From Lama guanicoe (Eukaryota), in contig MU053881.1 of the NCBI GenBank assembly GCA_013239625.1, positions 8,825,957 through 8,889,956 on the forward strand: a DNA stretch of 64,000 nt. Direction: 5' to 3'. The notes beneath the pieces were generated by a model, which was not told the DNA's origin, did no database searches, and saw only the letters and a list, made by a program, of their open reading frames with translations. Shown piece after piece: positions 48,211 to 61,139 of the stretch. A program made the position numbers and the translations under genes. How positions within the stretch are numbered: position 1 is the stretch's first letter; each line of letters begins with the position of its first letter.

Positions 48211-49864
48211 TAGTGTTTCTTATTCATAAAAAAAGAGAGAGAGACACGCTATCTATCAAAAGGTTCGCAGTGCTCATCTCAGTTTATGTGTGATATGGGG
48301 GATTTTTAACCGTCTTCTTAAATCTTGTCTAAATATTCCAACAGTTGGCCTATGTTCATAGATCACGGAAAATAAAAGCATGCTTAATTCACGTCATTAA
48401 TGAAAAATGAGTTTTAGGAATTAAATAAGGCATATACACTTCAAAAAAGACATCTCAGGTTGTTTTTACCCTCCTGTACCCTGGGGGCTCCCTGGATGTC
48501 CTGAAGATGCCAGTCACCAACAGAAGAGTCCCCTGGACTGGCCCGGCCATCTCCCCTCCCCTGGCAGGACCGGTCACCAAGCTATCAATTCCTCCCCTCA
48601 CCCCCTCCCACCACTGTAGTCTTTGTGCTTCCGGAGCCCTCCATCAAGACAGGACACGCCAGGCTGACTGAAGGCGTGACCTATTTCAGACAATCGCTCT
48701 CTGCCACAGTCATAACCAGGTAGTTATTAACCAACCCCGTGATTAACAAGAAAATTAACAGTTTGAAAACAGGGCCAATTCTCCCACCCTTTCACTTCAA
48801 AAACGAAATCTGTGTCAGCCTCATCCATCCGGGCTCATTTGCAATTAATTCTCCTGGCCACATTTCACTTCTAAAACATGGGAAATGATTTTTCTGTTTT
48901 GTTTTTTAAAAAAACCTGGCGTTGAGACATCATTATTCCAATTCCCAAATTTTACTGTGGATCATCAGAGCACCCTCATTAGAAAACAAACACAAACAGA
49001 GAAGTTCCCGCGGCAGGTCTGGGAAAGTTTCTTCTCTTGCCTGCTGGGAATACCATTTAACCTCTCAGTGCCGCAATTTCCACCTTCATGATACCCAGAT
49101 AATAATTCCTCCCCCACATAAGTGTCGGCGGTTTCATGTATGTAAAGTGCTTTGATGATTTTTTAAAAATTGCAAGGGAAGTACCAAGGCTGTTTCACAT
49201 CTCTCCGGCGCCTAACATCTGAGGGTTTCCTAATGCACCACAGTGAAACGTTTGCCTCCGTGTGATGTTTCCAGAGGAAGGTATCATTCCTTTCTTCCCC
49301 TCTTCTTTTTTTTTCAGTGGGGTGAGGGCACAGACAGAAAAGATACTGTAAGAAACGGTATGAGGTCTAACCATTTCAGGTGTGAAATGAACCTTCCTTG
49401 GCATCTTCCCGAATGCGCTCTGAGCGGCAGTGCTGACGAAACTCAGGGAGGTGAGCCAGGGATAGAATAAAAGCCTTAATTGAGAACGCCTTTGTGTGAG
49501 TGGATTTAAACAAGACCTTTCAGATTAATTTAACGTACTCTCTTTTATTTAATTCTCTTTGTTCAAATGTCAACTTTTTGTCAGAATCAAGTGTAGTGCT
49601 TTCCCTCCGTCCTGATATGTGCCCGGGGACATTTTCTCAGTAAAGAGAACCCCGCTTGCTGTGGAGAACTCTTGTCTGGAGCAACCTGGAGATATTTTCA
49701 GCTACGTGGACAAAGACTTCCGGTCCCTGCTGCCTTTTCCACCCCGACAAAGGACTGCCCTCTAAATGGGTCACACTGACGTCCACAGAGAAACCAGATG
49801 TCCTCAGTAGGGACGCCCCGAGGTCTCCTCTGGGCTCCATCACTTTTTCCTGTGTCTTCTTGTG

Positions 49865-50010
49865 CAAGGGACCTGACACCCCTGTGCCCCAGTTTCATCT
49901 GCAAAATGAGGAAACCTAATACTTCAAGGGTGGTTGCTGAGCTCATGAAAAGCACTTGGCCAAGAGCTTGGCTCATGGTAAATGGATGGTAAACACCCCT
50001 TGTTATCATT
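49865..50010 (+). mobile_element. MIR
   Basis: cccctgtgccccagtttcatctgcaaaatgagga...aagggtggttgctgag...aaagcacttggc...tggctcatggtaa. Confidence 0.7.
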
Positions 50011-50814
50011 GTCACGGTCATCCTGATTTTGCAAGTTTCCTTAGTTGAAATATCTCACCCTCCTCACCTGTATCTCTAATTTGATACCGTCGGCAATAAT
50101 GATTCTTGCAAATACCCCCATGACGCTAAATTCAAGTGGCTCTTCTCCAAACTCTTGCCCCTTTTGGTATCTTCTTTACTTCCTATTCCCCTCACCCCCA
50201 GCTTAACATCCTGGAGGTTCTGTTTCCTCCTGCCGGTACCCCCTGTCTCTCAGCACTAATGCCCTTCTCTGCACGGGCTTTAAACAGCCACTCTGTGCAC
50301 ATGGCTGCAACGCCCCCTCTCTGTTCCCAGTATCTCTCAGGGTTTCTTTTTCCTTTCATTCCCCTCTTCTCTTCTCTTCCCTCCTGTCTCTCCTCCTTGA
50401 ATTCCAAACCTGAATTTAGCTGCCTGTCGGTCCTCACCCTCTGGCCAGTTCACAGGTTCATCAGTCCTATTTGTTCTCTTGCTCCCGTCAGAGATCTCCT
50501 TCCTGCCTTTCTTCTGCTAGGAATGGTCTTCTCATTTTCCTGGCCATGCTCAACTACTCGGAACTACCTTTGATTTTTCTGTCTCCTTTATTCCTCCATG
50601 TTCATCCAGCACCAAGGCTCTGCTGCTTCCTTCCTGCCCAAGTCGCGGCATCTCCCACCGCTCAATGACACAGCCTAAGCGGAGTCTCTCCTTACTTCTG
50701 AGAGCCCAGTCTCTGTTTTGCAATCATCAGCTAACTCTTCGCAACTCTCCAGTCTGTCCCCCACAGCTTGTCTTACACCTGCTTCCACAGGAGCTCTTCC
50801 TCAAGAGTGTCTGG

Positions 50815-50952
50815 GGAGCTTTTAATCCCAACTGGTGCCCACGCTGCTCCCAAGTCCTATCACATCAGAATCTCTGGGTTGTCACTCAGGCATCAACACT
50901 GTTTTAAACTCCCAAGGTGATTCCGATGAGTAACCGAGGCTGCCAACTACAG
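50815..50952. mobile_element. MER5A1-like relic
   Basis: atcagaatctctggg...caggcatca...ttttaaactcccaaggtgattccgatg. Confidence 0.65.
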
Positions 50953-50989
50953 CTTAAAGGGACAGCTAAGCCAGACCAAGCTACTGGCG

Positions 50990-51186
50990 CAGTGCTCCTC
51001 AGACTTCAGCATGAGTAAGGACCCCCGGGAGAGCCTGGTAAACCACAGATGGGGGGCCTCACCCCTGGGGTTTCTGATTCTGTAGGTCTGGGGCAGGGAG
51101 GGCGGGTGCTGAGGATCTGTGTTTCTTGCAAGTTCCCAAGAGCTGGTACTGCTAGTCTGGAGAAACCAAATTTCAAGAACCGTGGC
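50990..51186. mobile_element. MER5A-like relic
   Basis: cagtgctcctcagacttcagcatg...gtttctgattctgtaggtctgggg...tgtgtttcttgcaagttccca...ttcaagaacc. Confidence 0.8.
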
Positions 51187-52999
51187 ACTAAATATTTCCT
51201 TTATTGGGGGCATCTGAAGGGAAGTCCGTGGAGAGGAAGATCATGCTTCATTAAGCCTGGGTAGACCAGAAAGTCCTAAATGATCCTACAGCAAAGGGCT
51301 CTTGGAAGATGACCCAGATGAGCAGGAGGAGGGAGGAAGTCACATGATCTGTTCACAGATCTTGACCCCTGCAATCATTTCGCCCAATGTGAAAGGGCCT
51401 GAGTGAGTATTCTGACCCCATTTCCAGTATTTAAGATGGTGCCAGCTGCCAGACAGATGAAAAACAAAGGACTTTGGTGTAGATGGCTCATGCGTGCTTT
51501 CCCAACGCAAACTCCTGTGGGGCTCATGAGCTTAGTTGTCTGTTTCTGTTCCTCCCTCTACCTGTCATCCCACGCTTGTCTACCTGCCTGCCTACCTATC
51601 AGCCTACACCTGCGTATCTGTGTGCCTGTCTGTCTATCTTATCTGCCTATCTATCCATATTGCTTCTAAACGAAGGGCCTCTAGACTAGCCCGAGGCAGT
51701 TCTCACAAAGGCAGCAAAGAATGTGGGTGCCAACAAGACTAATGCGGGAATACCCCACCACTGGGAAGACTGTGGTCTCTCCTTTTTTCATTTCATTTAG
51801 GTTTTAAAGGTAATTCTGACCTGGCAGGCAGATAAATCTATATTCAACATCTCCTGACAGCGATCATTGTAAATAGCATGCCTACCCGAATTCTTGAGAG
51901 TTTATGGTAAGAAAGGCAGGTGATGAATATAATCTGGGCTGGGGTTTATAAATCTTTGGAAGGCCTGACTCTTCCCCCTACTTTTCTAAGCAACTGTATT
52001 ACAACCAGCTCTTCAGCTAATATTGTTCTTGTTCTGCAAAGCAAAGTTTACCAGAGCTGTCTTGACTGTGAGCACTTTATAATTATGAGAGGGGAACAAG
52101 CCTCTGAATTCTGAGTAGCAAAAAAAAAAAAAAAAAGTTATTGCAAGCTGTACCAGTTCAGCTAACAGCGCAAATGAGACTTAAGGACCAAATGAAAGAG
52201 CAGAAATAGCGCGGGTCCTCATTGCTTGCTAAATTGGGGGAAAAAAATCCTACAAAGCTAAACTAAACCAGCTCATCAGTCAGGGCTTACTCATATTCTG
52301 TTAAGTGTGGATTAATCAGAAAGCGAGGGAGGAAGGGAGCAGGGCCTCTGCCTCCCATTCTTTGAAGCAGGAGAGGGTGACGAACCCAACCGCCATCGCT
52401 GGCCGACTCAGTTAAGCTCACTGGGGGTGGTGACGAAGATTCATACAGCCATTATTTAGAAGCCAGCACACCCATCCTTTGATCAGGCTGGGGAAACACA
52501 CGCGCTTCTCTGATCGTTCAGCAAGGGAGAAAAAACAGGCATGAATCTAAAGGCCACCCCCGTCAGAAAGCCTTTGTGGTTTACACGCTCCATACACATC
52601 CTTGCACTCTTGGAAGAGAATCAGGAGCTGGTTATAAAAGTATCCATGAGGGTCTTGAGAGGTTGACAACACTTGGCCTCCCGGGTCTGACTCCCCTACG
52701 AGTTATCGCAAACGTGGCTGCTCTGATTCTCGCGGTGAGAATTCACTTTCCCTCCACGCTGCTGAAGAACTTCTCGTTCTCTGTCCAGGTGCCTTTTACT
52801 AAGGGCACATTCCCACCTTTGCACTGGATTCTAGGTTTTAAATGTTTTCTTTCTCTTCTGACAGGACAGATTCGGAGTTGGGGTCTCCTTTGTGCTGGCC
52901 CCGTCCTCCAAAGTATTTCCTGAATGAGCGCACGTCTGAACGAACAGCAGCTAGCACATGGTTTGGTCCAGAGCCACACACCTCGATGATGGGCTGTCT

Positions 53000-53530
53000 T
53001 CACTCTCTGACTTTCGTTCATAATCCATGGTACGTAGACAAGGCCCTCCACAGCCAGGTTCCACGCTCATTTCCAGCCATCCCTATTCTCGGCCTGAATC
53101 TAGAAACTTCTGCCTGCTAGTCCTCGCATCAGCATTTCCCCCAAGTTTTCCCCAAATGCACCACGTTGTTTCCTATTCCCGTGTCTTTGCACTTGCGGTT
53201 GGCTGTTCCTGGAACCCCACCTGCCCTTCCCAGCTGCCTCCTCGTGGTCAGGTGCCACCTCTGTGGGGAGCCTTTTCCCCAGCTGGGGAGGGCCTGGTTG
53301 TGCCGTTCCAGCACTGCGTCCCTGTTAACTTGAACGTCTGACCTGCGGTACCACAGTCACCTGTTTCTTTCTGTTCTTCTTAACGCCTCTCCACACCCCG
53401 TGCCGCTACCAACCAGGTGAGGGTCCCCTGAGGACATGGACCTCATCTCAGGCATCTCTGACTCTGTATGTTGCATAATGTCTCCATAACGGTAGATACT
53501 CAAGAAATATTTGTGGCATCGAAATGAATT
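53000..53530 (+). mobile_element. L2 3' region
   Basis: caaggccctccac...gtctttgcacttgcggttggctgttcctggaac...cctgaggacatggacc...ggtagatactcaagaaatatttgtgg...gaaatgaat. Confidence 0.7.
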
Positions 53531-53641
53531 AGTTGCATCATTTGATGGCAGTTAAAACTACTTGGAAGAGTCCTCAGCCTCTCAAGCTGCTGAGAACATT
53601 TATTACCAACCCCCCCCAAACCAAACCCAATGAGTTTAAGC

Positions 53642-53830
53642 CAGTGGTTCTCAAAACGTGGACCCCCCGACCAGTGGCATCAGGCATTACTTGGAAAAGT
53701 GTCTGACATGCAGATGTTCAGGTCCCACCCCAGACCTACTGAGTTAAAAAATTGCATGTAGATGGTCTAGAAACGTCTATCTTACAAGCTCTCGAGGTGA
53801 TTCTAGTGCTTGCTAGCGAGAATGTCTGCT
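53642..53830. mobile_element. MER5A relic
   Basis: cagtggttctcaaaacgtggacc...gaccagtggcatcag...cccaccccagacctactgag...aggtgattct. Confidence 0.85.
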
Positions 53831-53869
53831 GTAATTCATTAGAAGCCATAGTTTGAGAAAAAGGATGTA

Positions 53870-54065
53870 GCTATGAGATGATCAGGGCCACGGGAGTCAA
53901 GCAGAAATGGGTCAAATCCTGGCTGCTTCGCTCCGTGGGACGGTTGCGTGGATTTGAAGCTCATTGTCTTTGTCAATGTGAGGCAGAGGGACCAAAGCAA
54001 GTGACCAACTGAAAATGCCTAGTGTAGTGGCTGGGACGATGGTCAAGGTTCTGCATATGCTGGTT
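53870..54065 (+). mobile_element. MIR (degenerate)
   Basis: ggagtcaagcagaaatgggtcaaatcctggct...aaaatgcctagtgtagtggctgggac. Confidence 0.45.
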
Positions 54066-54529
54066 CTTAACTTTCTGCTTCCCCAAATGTATGCCTTCAG
54101 AGATGAGTCCCCGGAATATGAGAGGAGGGGGAGTGATGCTGCCTGGTCAGATTATCTTGAGAAAGAAGGTATTTATTCTTCTCTTGAAGATTCTCAGTTC
54201 ACAAAAGCGTATTAAAGACTTTGAGAAGTCTTACAACTTTCTTACCCCCTCAAACTTTGTTTGATTCAGTCTTTTCCAAAGATTTTCTTGTTTTTGTTCT
54301 TTCTCTCTCTCCCTCCTTCCCTCCCTCCTCCTTTCTTGGTGGGGAATGGTGGACAGGAGGCAACCCCTTAGCTTTCTGTGATTTGGGAGGACAAAACAAA
54401 GGGAACATTTCCACCTTGGATTTGCATTTTAGATTGTGTGCTTTTTAACTGGAGTTTGGGAGAAAAGAATGACTGCAAGAACGTTCTGACAGTTAACATA
54501 CTGAATATGTGGAAAATATGAATTACTAT

Positions 54530-54670
54530 CGGGCAATCACCTAACAGATGTTTACTGAGTACCTACTAAATGCCAGGTGCTCTCCTGGGTGTGGAGGGTC
54601 AGAAAGAGGGAAGGCCTGTCTGAGGAGGTGACAGCCGAGCTAAGTGAATGAAAGGTGAGCAACAGGCAGA
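54530..54670 (-). mobile_element. L2 fragment
   Basis: aacagatgtttactgagtacctactaaatgccaggtgct...gggaaggcctgtctgaggaggtgaca. Confidence 0.6.
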
Positions 54671-54840
54671 TATAAGGTTAGCTGGTAAGTGGTCTAGATT
54701 TTTTTCTCAGTGCAATGAAAATATATTTTACTCAACATGCCACTCTGGCCTGATTTTTAGGCATGAGAACCTTGCCTTCTATTCTGTTATCTTCCCTGAT
54801 GAAAGCAGAAACTTCCAAGATCAAGAAAGTCAAGTGTTTT

Positions 54841-55316
54841 TGTAACTGAGCAGGACACTATGGGGCCTTCTAGGGTCAGACCCTTCCCCCTCATCCTCTG
54901 CTGCAGCTCCTCTCTGAAATACCCGGATAATCGCATCGCATGTATGCTTCCTGAGTTTTTCAGATGCTTAAAGCCACCACCCAAGGGAAGACATTAACTT
55001 CTTGATGATAGAGAGAGCACGTGGCCCCCAGACCTTCTGGTGCCAAGGGGTTGATAGTGTTGGCTGTTCTGTTCCCTCCACATCAACCAATCAGAGGACT
55101 GTGCACGAGCTGATCACATACCCTGCTACCCTCATCCCTCACCTGGCCTCTAAATATTCTTTGCTGAAGCCCTTTGCGGAGTTTGGGGTTTTATTGGGCA
55201 TGAGCCACCTCGTGCTTGCTCGGCCCTGCAATAAAACTTTCTCTGCTCCAAACTTTGATGTTTCATTTTGTTTGGCCTCATGGTGCAGCAGGCACATGAA
55301 CTTGCCTTTGGTAACA
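54841..55316 (+). mobile_element. Solo LTR, ERV1-type
   Basis: Begins tgtaac, ends gtaaca; 4-bp TSD tttt (54837-54840, 55317-55320); CCAAT box about 55087, TATA-like taaata 55151, aataaa 55230-55235 in U3-R-U5 order. Confidence 0.85.
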
Positions 55317-55332
55317 TTTTCCCTCCCTTCAC

Positions 55333-55387
55333 CCATCCATCCATCCATCCATCCGTCCAACCATTCATCCATCCACCCATCCATCCA
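55333..55387. repeat. (CCAT)n imperfect tetranucleotide repeat
   Basis: Directly visible. Confidence 0.9.
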
Positions 55388-56659
55388 CCAGTCATCTCTG
55401 GCTTCTGACTGTAACAAAGATAGAAAGATAAGACAAAGCTTCCCCTCTCAAGGAATTTATCATCTAATAAAGTACTTACAGTGTGAAAGAGGCTTGGTAG
55501 AAGCATAAATGATGATACCTGCTGCATTGAACTACTTTGCCTTATTTCTCAGGGCATCCATGTATATACCGGGACTCAGTCTTCTGGTGGAAATACCACA
55601 GAAATTCGATCGCTTACTACGTAAAATGGATTATTTTACCATATTCAAAAGCATGCTAGGCAGAACTGTTTGGATCCTGAATTTGTGTGGTGTACAGAAA
55701 CTAGGGTAATAAGAATTCAACGCTGACACATCCAACTCAGAGTTCGTCCGTCACCCATTAGACCTCATCTTGCTTAGGGGTTGACCCGGTACTTGAATGA
55801 CCGTCCCACTACGTGGTTTTAAAAGCCCTTGAAAATGTCTCCCTTTTTTATTTCATTAACCAGCATCTCCTCCCCCTAACACGTTCTTAAAATGCCACGT
55901 ATAAAAAACTTCTTCTGTTTCCTGTGGCAAAGGAAAGGAAGAGAATTGCTAGCAACGGAGCATATGCTGAGGTAATTTAAGGGTTGTGATAAGCCAAAAG
56001 GAAAAGATAACCAGCCCCCAGAAACCCTGCAAAGCTAAAGAGTTTGTTCCTTTTTAAAGAAGTCTAATTGGACACGGCAGGGGTCTTGATCAGTTTGCCT
56101 GGTTGTTTTACGAGCAGAATATTTTTTCTACCACAAAGAGCAGAATATTTTTTTTCTACTACATCGTAGGAAGTTAAAACGAGCACTCGACTTCCCTGAA
56201 ACTGCTTTTCTGTCCCATCCATCATTCAACCTTGAACTATCATATGACCAGTTCTGGGGGAGGAGGGCCCGGGGAAATGGATGTCTCACCTCTGAGCCAG
56301 AGGTCTGAGGGGAGTTTTTATGACCTGCCAACTCCTTAGCCTGAGTGGCCCCCGAGTTACTTTCCTGTTTCGAATTCCTCTTGTGATTGTTCCAGTCGGT
56401 GAGCTGTGAGGAGCCAACTGTTCAGGAGGTGTGTCGATGAAAAAGAAGAAACCCAGCCAAGGGGGGATGCTGCAGCCCTGCCCGCCCTCCAGGGACACCT
56501 CAGAGTGAGTGTCAGGTGGAACGAGGGAGCCGGGATGCAGGTTCTGAGTTCCATGGGGGGACAGTGCTCGACACCACTGTCCACGTGGGGCGTCATTACA
56601 ATTCATAAACAGTAGTGATCACTCGCCTGCCTGCTTCTCACTGCGCATTTTTCCCCCCA

Positions 56660-56785
56660 CACATTATCTTCAAGTATAATTACCCCTGTGTTCTAAATGG
56701 TGAAACCAACACAGAGAAGTTAATTAAAGAACTCGCCCAAGGAAACAACAGTCCAAGCGGAAAAGGATGTGAGGCAGAGACTTCG
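56660..56785 (-). mobile_element. MIR fragment
   Basis: ttacccctgtgttctaaatggtgaaaccaacacagagaagttaattaaagaactcgcccaagg. Confidence 0.5.
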
Positions 56786-58689
56786 GAGTTCTTACAAGAG
56801 GGATTTTCAGAACAGTGATGGAGGCGAAATAAGGGTGTGGGGCTCCCATCTTTTCCTCTGCCGAGGAAATAACTTCTCAAGTGCTTTTTCCAGCCTTGAC
56901 CTCGGAAGCAGAATCAGTTTGGAAAATGAAATCACCTCCATCCCTAAGTAGCTGCACATTGGATTTTGGGTGGCACATGCCAGCCCAGGTAACCTCTTTC
57001 CCTGCGATCTCTGCTTCGGTTCTGCACCCCTACAACAGGGCAGGGTGCCCCACCCTATCGGTGCTTCACCTCGGGAAGGAAAGCCACGCCTTTGTAGAGG
57101 CCCCTCTGAAGCTTGGTTGCACTACAACATGGCAATGTTTCTTAGATCAACCTAATATGATCCAAATTATTCAAAACATGCAATTCTGGGCCTGATGATG
57201 AGCTGGGTGTATATCTTCCCTTCACTTATAAAGAAATGTAGTTGGCTTATATCAATGTACATGCTCTATTTCTTCCGCTCTGGGAAATGGTTTTTCACAT
57301 TTGCTATTGTTCCTGAAATTAGGGCTTTGCGATTAACACGCACATTTAAAGGAGCATTTCTTATGTCCGCCCATGAAATGCTGTAATTAAGTCCACAGTG
57401 TGCTTATCATTCAACATCTTCATCCATTCTGGAATGGGGCCCATTGATTTATTTCTACTGCAAGCCCCTTTCACAAAGGACTTAAGGCATTTTACAACAA
57501 GATACAATGAAATATAAAGAGAATTTACTCAGTACAGGAAGATCCCCCTCTGTAAAAGTCGAATTTTTCCTCTGTAAAAGTCGAATTTTTCCAAAACAGG
57601 CTAGAGTAAAATCAAACCCTACAAGCCTCTGGGTGGTTTTGAAAGAGGGATCTGCTCTTGGGCTGCTAGGAGGACGTGGGCCAGCAGCGTCTCAGAGCTG
57701 CGGAAGTCATTGGTGTCACACAGCACGCCGGAGGGAAGCCGCAGGAGCTGGCTCCGGTGTGATGATGGCCCTTCAAACCCAGGCAATGCCCAGCCCCTGT
57801 CACACGATGGACAGACTGTGCATATTGAATGAAAACGTGCTGACAGTCCAAGTACTGACACTGAACCCAGAGGTGAGTCGATCTTCGACACTGTAAACTC
57901 CCACATCAAAAATGACAACAAGAAAACACTTGAGTTGGAATTCCTCTCCATCTATCTGCCTTAGCAGTGATCTTGGCCAACCAGCACATAACTCAGCTAC
58001 ACTATAAAGATATTTGGCCCAGGCTCCTTCAAGCTCACCTAACCTTTCATGACCCATAGAAGCTTTCCTTCCTTTTAACTGTATATACTTGTTGATAAGT
58101 TCACCAAGAAATCCAGAGCGATTGTGCAAAGGAACCAAAGAACTCATCCATGAGCGCTTATAATCTTGCTTGGTCAAAAAATTAAGGTCAACACTGGGAG
58201 TACAGGAAGAGAGTAGTTGAAATGTAGTTGAAAAAGCTGCTGGTAGCTTAGGGGAAATTAAGAGAAATCAGTCGTGAGGGTAAAAAGCGTATTTGGGGGG
58301 ATGGTCTAAGCCCAAGATGTACGAATTCCATGAGTTCAGTGTGTTAAAACAAATCAATAGTCTGAAACACATATGCATGGGTCTTCATGTGACAAAAAGG
58401 TAAGAAAACTCGCCATGACTTAATACACGTGACGAGGCAAAGTCCTACGAAACAGACTTTGGTGGTGGAATGTGTGAGATTGTTAGAGACTAAATACTGT
58501 CCATTTTTAAGTCATGTGAGTTTTTGGAGGCTCAAATGTCTTATCTAAGTGGGGATAATCATATGTTATATCCACCTCATTACCTGGTAGTAATGGGGGT
58601 TTTAAATAGGTAATGCACATGGCAGTGTTTTCTAAAGGGAAAAATGGTACACCAACAGGGAGGTTATTAACAATGACAATGGTGGTGCG

Positions 58690-58764
58690 ACCATCACCAC
58701 CACCACCACCATCATCACCACCACCACCATCATCATCATCTGCACCACCATCATCACCACCACT
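58690..58764. repeat. (CAC/CAT)n trinucleotide low-complexity tract
   Basis: accatcaccaccaccaccaccatcatcacc... Confidence 0.9.
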
Positions 58765-61139
58765 ATCGATGCCCACAAGCTACACAAGTTAGGTAACTGG
58801 GACCCCAAGTTCAAACACCTACAGATGCCAGGCCCATCACAGAAAGGAGTGAATGGACAGTGCCTGCCCCACCTAAAATGGGCAGCCTCTACTTGACTCC
58901 AGATATTTGTGGCCGTGTTGTAGTGCAAGCAGGTAATGCTAGATTTGTTATTCCAAGAAAGACAGCATTATGAATGTTCATGTAAAACATTCTTTTTTTT
59001 TTTCATAACGACATTTAAAAAACACCAGCAAGGACAAATCCCATAGGTTTGCAAGCTCACATGTCCAAGGGCCAGACGCTGGCAACCTCTGAAATAACGT
59101 ACACAAACTTGTTCTTTGAAATAGAAAGTTTCAAAGATACGTTATGTTAAATAATAATCATGACTTATATTTATGTCATATCATCATCATATCAGTATCA
59201 TCATTACCGTCCCCATCCCCATCCCCATCAATCTAGAAAGGAGCAACGGTTTTAGTTTCCTACCTTTGGGAAGGAAAAATGATTTTCTGTGCTTTTGAAG
59301 ACAGAGAACAGACTTGGCAACCCAACACATCCCTAGGAGTGGACTAAATGTGTCGTGCCTCGTTCTGATTCTTTTCCTAGAATTGTGACATTTGGAAGTA
59401 GGAAGAGACCTTTCAAAATATAAGGCCCCAATTTCCCCAAACCTACAAAATTAAAAACAGAGGGTCCAAGAGGAGAAGTGACTGCCTGGGTGCCATGCTG
59501 ATTTTTTGGTAGAGTTAAGACTCAGACCCTGCTTCTCCGGTCCCCCACTGTCTCCAGGGCTCTTTTCTTCTTCGCCATGATTTTCTTTCTTTGTTTCACA
59601 GATTCTTTTTATCTTCTGAACCCTTTCAGCAATCCGAGATCAATAAAGAGAGGCAGAAAAGGCCAAGTCTGCCCGGCGTAATAAGACTTTTCCCCTTTCC
59701 CAGGAAATTATTTTCACAACCCATTTTTCCATCTGTTATATTCTAACCAGTTCTCAGTCTTCAAGAGAAGGTGCACGGGTCAGCAAAAGAAACAGAAAAC
59801 CAGCATCCTAATATTTAAATGGCTGGCGTCCCATCCTATCTCTTCCCATTTTTTAAAAGCAAATTGCTTGACGCGAGTGAGAACGTGAGAAGAACCCACA
59901 GAGAAACAGGGGCGAGGTCACAGCCTGGTAAAGATCACTGCTTCTGTACGGCAGCAACAAAATCGCTGACAGAAATGTATCACCCACCACTACTACTGCA
60001 GAAAAAGTAACATGTAAAGCAATGTCTTAAGCAGGCAGAGTCAAAGTGGGGTGGGTAATGGCGAGGCGCCCCAGGGAGCTGGAAAAGGTCATTGAGATGA
60101 AAATAACCTTGGGAACTTGGAAAGAGTGCTCCATTACCGCAGACGGGAAGGAAACGCGGTATCCAATCAGATGGAACGGATTGAAATGTGACTCCAGTCA
60201 AGTGTGAATGCCACCAAATGCATCGTGCAACTATTTGGGGGAGCTGGCACGAAGGAGTATGAGCCCTGTGCCCGCCCCGCAGTCCACCGTTGGACATCAG
60301 CAACAAACGAAAAGCTGGGATTTGTAAGGTCCTAATTTGCACATGTGCATCTCTGTAAATCCTGGGTGAGCGGTGGGGAAAATGTGATAAAGATAAATGA
60401 GGGGTCTTTCTGCGCAGGGGCACTGACGGTTCTGCTGAGGTGTTAAAAAGAGGCTACACCATCAGCCTGGCTCTTTTTTAAAGGGAAGGGATGCAAAGTC
60501 TGCCTCTGGAGAGCAGATGAGGGAAAGAAAAAGGCCGATTGATCACTCTCTTTACTGTTAGCTCCCTATGGTTGAGTGTTCACTGATAGAATTGGTTCAA
60601 CTCCAGGATGCTGTCTTAGAAATAATGATTGTTTTCCACTAAAATACAACTCTAGCAGAAAACATTAATTTAAGGGATAACCCTCTAAATGCTGCAGTAT
60701 CAAAAAATACATGTGCCCTCTCATCTTTGAATTTGACAAGCACCAGAAAGGAATACGGATAATAAGCAACCGGAATCATAGAACAAAAAGATGTGACAGA
60801 AAATGACAAAAGAGAGGGCTGAGCGCCTGGGAGGAATCAGGGGAAAGGCTGGGACCAGAACTTGAAGGCACCACACAAGATAGTTTTTCTATACTTCACT
60901 AGTTTAGTCTGATTCTAGGTTTTAAATATTAATTATATTGATTTTCTTTGCTTGCTTCTGGCTTTCTTTGTCACCCACACTGCACCACTTTATCCACCAG
61001 AAATGCCTTCTTAATTCTTTACCTCTTCTACAACAGGATGAGGACAAGAGCCCGTGAGCCAGGGTCTGCCCCCACTACTTTCTTGGACCATTATTTGGAA
61101 ATCGGAAACACACTCTGCACATCCTTCTTCCATCCTTTG

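Noticed and set aside
58507-58928. Gly/Asp- and Val/Met-rich ORFs
   Set aside because: Translation of the (CAC/CAT)n tract
59042-59091. 50-bp miniature hAT element (MER102-like ends)
   Set aside because: Terminal similarity is imperfect and no 8-bp TSD is visible
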